Assembly: GCA_010909165.1 (NCBI GenBank)
Contig: VJWM01000202.1
Location: 248,001 to 312,000 of the forward strand
Source of the DNA: Anthoceros angustus
Taxonomy: Eukaryota > Plantae > Anthocerotophyta
DNA: 64,000 nt
Reading direction: 5' to 3'
The notes beneath the pieces were generated by a model. The model ran no database searches and was not told the origin of the DNA. It worked only from the letters and a program-made list of their open reading frames with translations. Positions 36,101 to 47,439 of the stretch are shown here, in pieces (position 1 is the first letter of the stretch; the number at the start of each line of letters is the position of its first letter). The translations under genes and the position numbers were made by a program.

Positions 36101-36830
36101 TAAGAATGGTCAATGACCATAAATGAGCTGGGAACGGAAGGATAGGTGATGAACATCCTTCAAGGATGGTCTTAGGTGAAGTTACTAGAATAGAATTTAC
36201 CAAGGATCTAATAGATTTAGGTGCCATTAAATGTCAGGGAAATAATAGAAAATTGGAAAAGGTGACCGCAGAGGGTCACCCAAGGGAGGTTGTATGTGGA
36301 AGGCCTCCTATAAGAGGAGGAGGATTTCACAAAGTATCATGTCTTGCGCCCACACCATCGAGTCCTTTGCCATTACAGAGGAATTTCGTGGCCGTGAGCC
36401 AACACAACACCGGTAGAGAGGAAGTCATGTGGTCGAGTGTTGGTGGAGGACTTGCTCACGCAAGTGCCTAAACGAGTTGCCCCTTGTGAATGGTTGCTGA
36501 AATTGCTTTGCTTTGGGTGTGTGGCAAATGCCTGAGAACTCTCGGCTTGAGGGTAGACTACAGTGGAAAGACTCGGAGGTTCTCGTCGTGTCAAACTCAT
36601 AGCAACCGCCCAAGGAAGAACTTGCTGGTGGAGGCGACCCTGTGCAGCTTGTGCAAGGGCGAGTCAAAACCAAGAAGCCCGAATCGAGGTTAGACTAGGA
36701 GGAAGAGGATGAGGAGATGAGAAGATGAGTAGAGGATTAGAGGTGTAGGTGTTAGTGGAAGGCCACAGTGCAGAGCCTAAGGGACGAATCCCAACTGCAA
36801 GTAAAAGAGCGCCCCGAGTGGAGAAGAGTA

Positions 36831-37140
36831 GTCTTAGAAGTAGGGACGAATCGGTGTGAACTGGGGTCCCCGCCTGTGGTAGGCTCTTGTCAGAGGTGAC
36901 TCGCAATTGTGTTGTGTCGTTGTAGGTCAAGTTTGGTCTTAGAAGTAGGGACGAATCGGTGGAACTGTGGGGTCCTCGCCTGGTAGGCTCTTGTCACGAG
37001 GTGACCCGCAATTGTGTTGTGTCGTTGTAGGTCGTTTGGTTTTAGAAGTAGGAAAATCGCGTGTGAACAGTGGGGTCCCCGGGCGTGGTAGGCTTTGTCA
37101 CGAGGCGTAACTACAATTGTTTTGTGTCGTTGTAGGTCGA
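36831..37140. repeat. ~103-bp tandem repeat x3
   Basis: TTAGAAGTAGG..GGTAGGCT..CAATTGT..GTGTCGTTGTAGGTC recurs at 36831, 36936 and 37039. Confidence 0.9.
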
Positions 37141-37760
37141 GGATTGGCGATTAAGCAAGTGGTGCACACCACTGTGAGAGGAGAGTAGTGGGCGCCTTGC
37201 TTGAGAAGGCCGAGAGTGAAGTCGACGGTACCTGTGGAATGATACTATTGAAGACGAAAAGCAAATGGAGGAGAACTGATAACTTGAGGCGGAAGATATG
37301 GACCGCCCGGAATATGGCGGTGGTTCTTGACTCGGTCGGTGCAAGGCATGGATGAGTCCCTGTGCCACACTCTTCAATGAGTATTGTCGATGCCGATGAC
37401 CACTCCCTCCCTTTAGCGTATGTTTGTTGCAATGTTGTTACGACGACAAATGGGACTCCTCTAGTACTGTGATTGTTTTATTGTGTTCCACCACTTCAAA
37501 GTAAAAGTTTTGATTGTACTAAACATATGAAATGGCAGCCCTCTAAACATTCTACAAAATGCACGGGCCCGTGACCCCACCGTGCTCCATTTCTAGGTGT
37601 TCACTTGAAAGTGTGGCATTTATCACCGGTATGACCTCGTAAAGGTGTGCATTATCAAAGTAGGGGCTATGCCGCTTTTAGGTAAGGTGTTCTTCGTGAC
37701 TGTAAAGGTGGTTTGATCATCAAGTTAGTATATTCCCCTTCAAAATTATCGTGTTTCTAC
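37140..37760. repeat. Dispersed ~620-bp repeat, copy 1 (copy 2 at approx 41250-41860)
   Basis: Shared GATACTATTGAAGACGA..GAATATGGCGGTGGTTCTTGACTCG..CCACCACTTCAAAGTAAAAG..GTTCACTTGAAAGTG..CCCCTTCAAAATTATCGTGTT. Confidence 0.85.
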
Positions 37761-37829
37761 CACAAGGTGGTATAGAAGGTGGAGAAGCCTGGATATCGAG
37801 GATGATGAAGAGGAGCAGATCAAAGAATC

Positions 37830-39122
37830 CAAGAGGACCCACGACCGCATCGTGAGATCATCAAGGCGATGGAAACCTTCGTAAAATTTTGGAGTCCATG
37901 AATGCATGCAAGTAAGAGGCTATGTTGGCATGTCGATGAGCCGAAAGCTTGAAGGAAGCCTTGAAGGCCAAAGGCTAAGGAGTGGAAAGAAGTTGATAGT
38001 GAGTATAACTCACTTATCAAGAACAAGACTTGGGAAATCACTCTCTACCCCAAGGAAGGAAGTGCATAGGATCCAAATGGGTGTTCAAGATCAAACTGGC
38101 AGATGGGAGCATAGAGCGATACAAAGCAAGTACGGTGGGGAAGGGATATACACAAGTGCTGTATTGACTACACCGACACTTTCTCCCTCCGCTGTTAAGA
38201 TAACATCCATTCGTATACCTTAGCAATAGCGCTACCATGGATCCGGATGGAGATACATGACATCCATGTCCAAATCAAGGCTTCAATGGAGATTTGGAAG
38301 AAGAGATCTACATGAACCAACCAAGGGTATGAAGTGCTGTAGGAAAGTGAGGTATGTAAATTGCTAAAGGCACTCTATGGTCTTAAGCAACTGCACTTGC
38401 CCTCGGTATGTTAAGATCGACAAGTTCTTCCAAGCTAGAGGTTTCAAGAAACCAATGGAGATTGGAACATCTATGTGAAGAGAGGAGAGTCCATGATGAT
38501 CATTGCTGTCTATGTGGATGATCTAATCCTTGTTTGCAATGATTTGGAGCTCTTAGAGAGTACTAAGAAGAGTCTTAATGATAGTTTTGATATGAGGGAT
38601 CTAGGTGAACTTCATTACTTTCTGGATAGAAGTAATGAGAGACAGTGGCTAACAAGAAGATCTTTGAGCCAAAGGACATATGTTGAGAATGTCCTCAAGC
38701 GCTTTGGAATGCAAGAGTGCAAGCCCCGAAGACACCAATGGTGCTTAATGAGAAGCTCTCAAAGGAGATGAGTCCTACAATCAAGAAGAGAAGTAGAAGG
38801 TAGATAAAACTCTCTATCGGTGTCTGTTGGATGCCTCACCTATTTATCTACACAAGGCCCGGCATACTGCAGGCAAGCTGGAGTTGCAAGTCAATTTATG
38901 GCTAACCCCTCGACAGCCAAGCCAAGAGGATAATGAGGTACTTGAGTGGTACAAAGCATTGGAATTTGGTGTATCACAGTGTTAGAAGTCCGAGTGGTAG
39001 GATATTGTGATTCGTGATCGGCAGATATGTTGATAGTCGCAAGTCTACGACGGATATGCATTTATGCCGACCGGGGAGCCTCATGGAATAGTAGGAGACA
39101 ACCCATCGTGGCTTTCATCTCT
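37830..39122 (+). mobile_element. Ty1/copia RT / RNase H fragment, truncated
   Basis: NGDLEEEIYMNQP, LLKALYGLKQ, IIAVYVDDLILV, FDMRDLGELHYFL, and DSRKST..SWNSRRQPIVA. Confidence 0.88.
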
Positions 39123-40199
39123 ACGTAAATATATATGGCAACATGCTCACAATATGGAGGCGATATACATGGTTGAATAAACTGGACTTCTCCTCCAAAA
39201 TAAGCTGGGCTTGTTTTTTTTTCGTGTGAGGTATGGAGTGTAAATAAGGCGGAAAGGGAGGAATAAGCACGACGTGATCTGCACCTGTCTCGGACACCCT
39301 GATCGTGTAGGAGGTACCGGAGCTCACTCCTGTGGACCCCACTTTAACCAGTATCGGATAAGTCCCGACCCCACCCGTCAAAATGGGATAAGTAACAAGT
39401 AAAGTAATTAGAATTTGAGCCGTGAGTTAGACAGGCGCGCCACGTGATGGTAATCGAGTGGTGCCTGCATGCAGCAGCCAGACCGTAGGGGTTGCCAAAG
39501 GGGTCATATGGTGTATTCATGTTCGGCACAAGGCGGCAGTAAGGCCAGTAAGCCAAGCGTAATGAGGTTGGCTTCTCGATGGGCCACGGGATGAAGAGCC
39601 GCCTTCCGCCGATGCTACTTCCGACGGAGAGAGGCAAGACGAGGTCATTCTTCCAAACAACTCAAGGACAGATTCTCGCGCCGACACCGGCTCGGGCGTT
39701 GTCTTGATCGCCAGCACCCTTTGGCGCAGCCTGACCAAGGTAGGGAAGCAAACCCACACCCCGCGGGCCGAGACCGGAGATCACGCCAACAAGGAGGAAG
39801 ATGGGACCCAAGAAAGCGCGAGGCGCGTGAGTCATGGCGCTTGGTGGAGCGCAACATCGTCACTGCGCCACCCGGACTTTGGGCGTGTGGGTAAGGAGGC
39901 GGAGGAGGCTGGTGGAGCGAAACATCGCTACTCAAGCGCTACCTGCACTTTGGGCCGTGGGCCGGAGGAGGCGGAGGAGTCGGTGGAGGAGTGGCACCGG
40001 ACATTTTCAGCCGGTGGAGGTTAGCCTACTTGAATTTTCGATGGAAGTGCCGGTGGGGTGCGTGAAGGAGGGCCACAATGGCATCGCTGGAGGGAGGGCG
40101 CCGTCGGCCGGCGCCTCGTCAGACCCACCGAGCAGGCATAAAGGCCGGTGCGTACGCTCCGCCTCTTGCGCCTACGCCGCAGACATCACTGTGATGCCC

Positions 40200-41030
40200 G
40201 GCTGGTGGCGTGTCGGAGGGAGGGCCACGCCTTTATCCGCGGCGCACCACCTGCTGGGCTTACAGGGGCGAGGCGCTGGCGCGCGGCGCCCCCACCTCCC
40301 CACCACCCACCGATGCCCGATGGTGGCGGGGAGCGGGAGCGCCTCCCTCCACGCACCACCCCACGTACCCACCGACGGTGGTGCATGGAGGGGAGAGCGG
40401 CGGCCGTCCCTCTGTCGCCACCACCCGTCGGGGTTTACGGTGTGGTGCGTGGCGAGGGATGGCGCCGAGCCGGCGCCCGCCTCCACACCACCACCGTGAT
40501 GGGTGGAGCGAACGGGTGCAGCCCGTGGGCCGCCTCCCTCCACGCACCACCCATACGTGGCCCACCGACGGGTGGCGCGCTGGAGGGAGGCGCCCGGCCG
40601 GCGCCCGCCAGGCGCACCACTGTTGCCCACCCACGGGTGGTTCGGGTAGGAGGCGCTGGGCCGCGCCCACACGCCACCCCACGGCAGGCCACGGCAGGGC
40701 GGGCGCGCCTACCGGCGCCCTTAGCACCACCTGGCTGGGTGAAGGGTGGCGGGAGCTAGGGAGGCGCGGCCGGGCCGGTGCCCTCCCAAGATCCTGGTCA
40801 TGGGCGCGGCCGGCGCCCCTAGCACACCGCCCATGGGCGCGGCCGCGCCCAACACGCCGCCCGCCCATGGGCGCCGGTCCGAGCGCCCTCCCTAGCACAC
40901 CGCCCATGTGCGCCTGCTCGCCGCCCCCTAGCACACTAATCGGGCCGCGCCACGGGCCGCCCCTTGCCGGCCGCCAGCCCCTCCAGCACACCCCCCCTAC
41001 CCATGCGCCGGCGGCGCCTCCTCATAGGCC
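40200..41030. repeat. Very GC-rich array of imperfect direct and inverted repeats
   Basis: For example CTCCCTCCACGCACCACC (40343-40360) / GGTGGTGCATGGAGGGAG (40377-40394); a second similar hairpin at 40532-40591. Confidence 0.8.
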
Positions 41031-41249
41031 GCTTTTAAGAAAATCAATATGTGAGTCAAGAAGTTTGTAACTTGGGATTTTGATCTAGTGTTTGGCGGTT
41101 CAGCCATGTAGTAATGAATCAAGTTCCGGGTTCAAAACCCATATCTTTTAACAACTCAACTTTGTTTTTAATGGATGCTTGCATGGGCGCATGGGCAACT
41201 AACTTTGTTCATTTTAAGAACGGCATTGCCTTAAAGCCCAAGTGGTTGC

Positions 41250-41860
41250 ATTGAGTGCCGAAGGTTGAAGACTACGATCGGGCGACCTTTTGGATGAGGG
41301 CCGCAAACCCTAGACGTTGTGTGGGCACTGTCACCGCCGATGGTGGGCCGGGAATGATACTATTGAAGACGAGCAAGCAATGGAGGAGAACGATAACTTT
41401 GAGGCGACGATATGACCGTGATCCGAATATGGCGGTGGTTCTTGACTCGCTGTCGATGCAAGGCATGGATGAGTCGCCAGCCGCACTCTTCAATGACTAT
41501 TGTCGATGCCGATGATCACTCCCTCCTTAGCGTGATGTTTGTTGCAATGTTCTACGACGACGAAAAATGAGACTTCTAGATGTGATTGTTTTATCAGGTT
41601 CCACCACTTCAAAGTAAAAGCTATTGTAATAAACATATAAAATGGCAGCCCTCAAACATTCTACAAAGTTGAGACGCCCACACCCCAATCGCGGCTCCAG
41701 CTCTAGGGTGTTCACTTGAAAGTGCGCCTTTATCATCGTATGACTCGTAAAGGGTGTGCATTATCAAAGTAGGGCACATATCTTTGTTCTAGGTAAGGTG
41801 TTCGTGACAAGCGGTGCTGATGACCGGCATAAAGATATCCCCCTTCAAAAATTATCGTGT
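41250..41860. repeat. Dispersed ~620-bp repeat, copy 2
   Basis: Co-linear with 37140-37760. Confidence 0.85.
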
Positions 41861-42391
41861 TCAAGCTCGGCGACGAGACGGGCCACAGCCGACAACACGC
41901 CCAAATGGCCGAGCACCTGAGGAGGGAGTACTGTGCTCCGGGCCCATGTGGAGGAGGCAATTCAACAAGTCGACCGACTTTGCCTACTAGCCGGAGCTCA
42001 AGGCACCGGAGGTGGCGCCACCCCAGGGCAGTGGACGATTTTCCGCATCGGGTCCGAAGGAGGAGCGAGGGAGGAAGGCCCCAGACAAGACAGCCACGGG
42101 ACCTTAGGAGCCCTTGTTTGGCATGGCGGCAGCGGCGGGGAGTAGGCGGAGGATTTAGGGAAGGCGGCCCTGCACGTGGTAAGCACTCAGCACTCACCAC
42201 CAAGGAGGAGGAGGGCCCTGGGGGGTCGTGGAAGGCGACTGCAGGCAGCGAGGCGGCGGAGGACTCAAAGGGTGAACCACCCGAGAAGTCCAGCGAGCTC
42301 CAGTGTTCGTGAGTCCGGACTTTGTCCTGACCTCCGAGCCGGACCAGGGGTCCGCCTCCTGAAAGTCCGGACTCATGGGTCCATACTCTAG

Positions 42392-43574
42392 TGTGGCAGA
42401 CCCGGAGACTGGTCCGGACTCAGTCTGGACTTAGGGTCCAGACTCTAGTGAGACCGGACCCCGAGGTCCGACTCAGTACGGACTTAGAGGTCCGGACCCC
42501 GAGAGACCGGACCTGGTCCGGACTCGGGGTGAGGCGGACCTCAAGTCCACTGGAGGCGGAGGGAGCCACCAATCACCAGCCCCAACAGTTATTCTGGAGG
42601 GCCTCAGCCAAGGCCCGTACCAAAGAGATAAGAGGATGGGGAGGAGGATTTAGTGGTACCGCCGGCTGCCGTCGCCGCCACGGTGAGCGTACCGACAGAG
42701 TCTTGGGGAGAGGTAGGGGCCCGCCCGCGATCATCCGATTGCGTTGTCGTATTGTCAGTGGCTGGTCCTGACCGCACCACATACCATGGGAAACCGGCAA
42801 CCCCACCACTACCTGGCGAGATAGGTGGAATAAAGGAAACAGTAGGTGGCCGATTAGCGACCGGAAATGGCCACCGCCCTAATAGGGTGTAATAAAGACG
42901 CCAATTCGCGGTGAGTATAAGAGGGCTGGTACGGCAAAAGTATCTTTCTCTTGGTGTTGATGCGTCTTCTTGCGGCCCTTGTGTGCCTTCTTACAGCGTG
43001 AGTCTCGAGTCACCGAGCAGCCCGGCTCCTGAGAGACTCGACTGGTCCCGTAACGGACCCTAACGTGTGGTGGTGTGTGCAGGAAGGCGACTCCGGACCC
43101 TTGCCGTCTCCCGAGCAAAATTCAGCTGGTCACGATCGACTGAACGCTGAAGCCGAGGAACCCCTGAGGGCCAGTCAGAGCCCGGACGGAGAAACTGGCG
43201 GCGGAGGAGGTCCGGACAGCGGTGCACCCAGCGATTTTCCCGCGATAAATACCGAGCAGGCTGAAATTTAATGCTGATAACCGACTCAGAGGACGAGTGA
43301 CAAACTTGAATCCATACCACTAACTAGTCCGTCTCAAATCGTCAATTGACTACTTCAAGGCCCGTCTCGGCCCGAATGTTGATTTGAAGTTAGTCGAAAT
43401 CAACAAGAATGTGCGCTGGAGTCCAAAACGGGTACCACGCAGGTGAGAAACGATTGAACGTAATAACCGGAGCTCTTATCATTCTTTGGGAACAAAATTC
43501 CTCCTTACTACAACGACACGGATTGTGCGGCTGGGGTACCGACTGAGGGAAAGTCGCCACATTTTGGCGCCGTT
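42392..43574 (+). mobile_element. Ty3/gypsy (Athila/Tat-like) 5' LTR (42392-43561) and PBS
   Basis: TGTGGCAGAC...GTCGCCACA inverted termini, a TATAAG at ~42915, immediately followed by TTTTGGCGCCGTT (Athila-type PBS). Confidence 0.7.
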
Positions 43575-44889
43575 CTTGAATGAGATCACTCCGTAGCCTA
43601 GTGTTGGATACAAAGCAAACCTATAGTTAAGCAATGCTAGTTAGGGTTAAGTGAAGCGTTATTAAGTCAAGTATAAAAGGCACATCTCAAACACATTTTT
43701 GTATTCATTCTTTATTTGATGAAAGTTTATCTTGTACGCTTATCAGCTTACAAAACGATCATGGTATCAGAGCCATGCTTGATCTACCATATAGATCCCT
43801 AGAAAATGCCGAGATCGGGTAATCGCCGAAGGGAGGCAACTGGAGAGTGCGTGGCGATTTGAGGGCTCTTGCCCGTAAAATCCTACCTACCTACCGTGGA
43901 CACATTGTCTGGACCTCAGACGGGGATTACCCGCGTCTCGCTTAGAGATCTTGCCAATAGACATTCTGTCCAAACCGCTCTAGACCTAAATTTCCCTATC
44001 CAACCGTGACAGACGCTTTGTTTAGGCACGTCATCGAGAGCCCAAAATCCAGATTTGTTCTGAAGACCGGAAACTCGAGTTGAGACAATTCTTCTGCCTC
44101 AACTGCACAACAGGACAAGAGATCAATCTCAAGGCAAAGCAGATCAAGGTTGCCCTTCAATCACGGTGGCCACGAGAGTTGAGAGAACACTTACCTGCTG
44201 CTATCACAGAATCTTTGAACACGATGTTCAAGACATCGAGGACAAAGATTCGGCAGAGGATTAACAATTTGAACACGTAATTGAAGATTGACATCGCCGC
44301 GAGATGAGATGATGAACCAATTGAATTTCAAAGTGTCGTTTGAGTGCATCCTTGGCCCCAGAGCGCCAAGAATCGCCTTTGAAGCTTCCGCAGAAAGTTG
44401 AAACGCGAAGGAGAATCGAACGCTGCTTATTGCCAACAAAGGTGTGAAGGATTTCGCCGCCACTCCAAGGCACCGCCTCGACTCTTCAAGCCTTCCGCCT
44501 CTACACCGTGTGCCTTGCCACATGAGAAGGACACACCGCGATTAGGGAACAAGATTCTACGTTTGGTTTTCACTAGTTAGGGTTTCTAACCCCATTTCGC
44601 ATTGGCTTCTACTTTTCGTTGATTAACCCTTGCAGATGCCGGAGGCGAGACGAGGGCGGAGCAGCCCACATGATCATGTTCTGACCCAAACCAAGACCGC
44701 CGCGCCTCCCTCGCATCGCCTAGGTTAGTAACGAGTAAGGCCCCACAAATTCTCTGCCTGCATAAGAGTTTGAAGGCCATCAACTAACTCTGATCATAAT
44801 CACGAGTGTGTGTTAGCCTGTCTCACTCTTATCAGTAGCTCTAGTCTCTAGAAAGAAAGCATCCTTCCCAGCTTTACCTTGCACTTGGG

Positions 44890-46549
44890 ATGGGTACTCG
44901 GGCACCGAATCCCACATATACCTCAGAATTAAAGGAGAAGGATCGGTTTAATGGGACCAAGTTTCCTGTCTGGAAGGTCCGCATGAAAACCACCTTGATT
45001 GGCAGAGGGGTATGGGAAGTGGTAGATGGGACATATGCAAAACCTGATCCCAATGCCACCCCGCCTCGCAATATAGAAAAATGGAATCGGTTAAATTCCA
45101 TAGCGCAAGATTAGTCCATGGTCTAGATGAAGTCCTCGACGATGTGGAGTACCACACCGGGAAGGAATTTGGGATCAACTCGTAGCCACATATGATGTCC
45201 AAAACATGCATGCTTACAACATGCGATGGAATTCTACTCACTTCGCTTATGCGTGAAGGTGAGAGGTTGTTCCTCATGTCACAAAATTTAGGCAGCGAGC
45301 CCAAATGAAGGCTTTTGGATCCACCATCGAAGTTGAGGTAGCGACCGCTTGTTAACCTCCCCGCCACCCTCATATCAAACCTTTATCAAGAGCTTCAATG
45401 CCCCTATCCGGACTCGTAGTGTGCTCCTCCCTCCATCACGAGAGGAGATCATCGGTGCCTGCTTCGTGAAGAACAGTATTAACTCGCAGAGGACATAAAA
45501 CCAAAGGTGACAAAGTCCTTGTCAGAAATTTCGGACCAGCACTGGAAGGCAAGTGGAGGTCGAGCAGATTCATCTTCCGTTCGCCTCCCCGCTGCTTAAC
45601 CGGGAATTGCAATCGGTGGTGTGGCTATATTGGGCTCGTGAGTGCTGGAAGAAGGCCGGCGACCCACGTAAAGTCTCAAAGCCGACACGCTGCGCCAAGG
45701 AAAAGGGAGAAAGCCCCAAAGGCAGAAAGATTCTTACCGCTTGCCTCGCAAGCTCTTTGCATGATGTCGGATGTTGGTACTGACTCGGTGCTACCACACA
45801 CATCCGCAATGACAAGCACCTTTTTCAACTTTAACATTATGTAACATGAAAGACAAGGTGTTGCTTGGGGATGAGCGGAGTGATACTAACTGCGAGTTGA
45901 GGGTCATGGCACTGCATTTCCTCCTTGATGATGGTTCGACCCTCGCACCCATGGTGTACTTTTGTCCCGAGATATGGCCAAGAACCTGTTGTCGTTGAGC
46001 AAACTCATGCAGCCCTGCCTATATGAGATGCGGGTTGATAGTGAGGGCTGCTTCTACAAGGTGGGCCATCCAACAATCAGGTCTTCAAGGGAGTACCGGA
46101 GCATGATCTGTACAGGCTTGCTGTATAGTGTGTTCGGCCCCTGCCTATTCTACAGAGCAGCTCTTTTGAATTCCCGGTGGCATCTTTGTGGCATGCGCTT
46201 TAGGGCATGCTAATCGGCACAAGCTCATAGACATGTCCAAGCTTTCCGCCACCGAAACCCTTGCCATCCTTTAAGGATCTTCCGTTATGCAGTCTTGTAT
46301 TCTCAAGCTGGAGCTCCTGCTCAAGAATGCACATAGAGCAACAGTCTGTGGAGTTAGTCCATGCAGATATCTCTGGAAAAATTCACCAGCCCTCACTGGG
46401 TGGTGCCCTCTATTATCTAACAATTACAGATGACTTCAGCAGATATTCGTGGACTTATCTTATGCATCTTAAGAGTGACACTCTAGGCTATTTCCGGGAA
46501 TGGTTACCTGTGGTGCAAAGGCAGTCCGGCTGTCCCTCTCAAGGTACTT
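44890..46549 (+). pseudogene. Copia gag - pre-integrase - integrase N-terminal part (frameshifted)
   Basis: DRFNGTKFPVWKVRMKTTLIGRGVWEVVDG, zinc-knuckle region, KNLLSLSKL, ELVHADISG..GGALYYLTITDDFSRYSWTYLM..VQRQSGCPLKVL. Confidence 0.9.
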
Positions 46550-47439
46550 CATCACAAAACTGGATAACCATGTTTTTCATGTGGAAATCATATGGCGCCA
46601 CGGCCCATGCAGTCGGCCATGGAAAAAACCATATGAAAATAATATCCTCAATGGGTAAGTATTTTTATTTTTATTTCCTACTTGTTCTATATTATTTATG
46701 TTTGAGTCCTACAAAGAGCTCATATATTACTCATGAAAGGACAATATACTCATGATATAAATTTCATTCAGTGTCTATGTAGTTTAATTATCTCAATATA
46801 TAGGTGCACTTATATGAAATCTCTTATGGATCTATGAAAAATAAAATAAAAAATATTTACGTCATTAAATTTTATGTCCTTCATACCAATCTTATATGGA
46901 TATTTATGAACTAAATTTATTTTTTTAAATGATTACATATTTTTATTATATGAAAATATCTAATAATATAAAAATATGATAAGTACATCCAATAAAATTC
47001 ATATGTATTTTAATACCATGTATCATGTGTAAAATAATATAAAGAACATGTAGGTAGGGTTCATGCAGTCGGCCATGAAAAAAGGGCATGAAAATCATAT
47101 CCCTATCAGTTTTTGATTTATGTCATTCCTTGTAAAGTCTTTGTACCCATTTGGTTTTGAGTCCTACAAAAGAACTTGTAAAATACTCATGAAGGTGCAA
47201 GTGTCCTTCTATTTTGTGTGTCATGCTAAATGTATATACTTTCTTTATCTCAATATATATGTACATTTATATGGAAATCTGTATGGATTTATGTGAAAAT
47301 TGATATAAGCATCATACACGAATTGATATGATTTATATATGCCTTTCACAATTCCTTTATGAATATCTAGTACCTGAGTTTTAAATTTCTTGTATATATA
47401 CATATATGCATATATATATATATACATATATATATATCG

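Noticed and set aside
36831-37140. CRISPR-like array
   Set aside because: Whole units are repeated with no unique spacers; eukaryotic context with no cas genes.
39834-41070. 200-290 aa ORFs on both strands
   Set aside because: Stop-codon scarcity in very GC-rich repeat DNA; no domain features.
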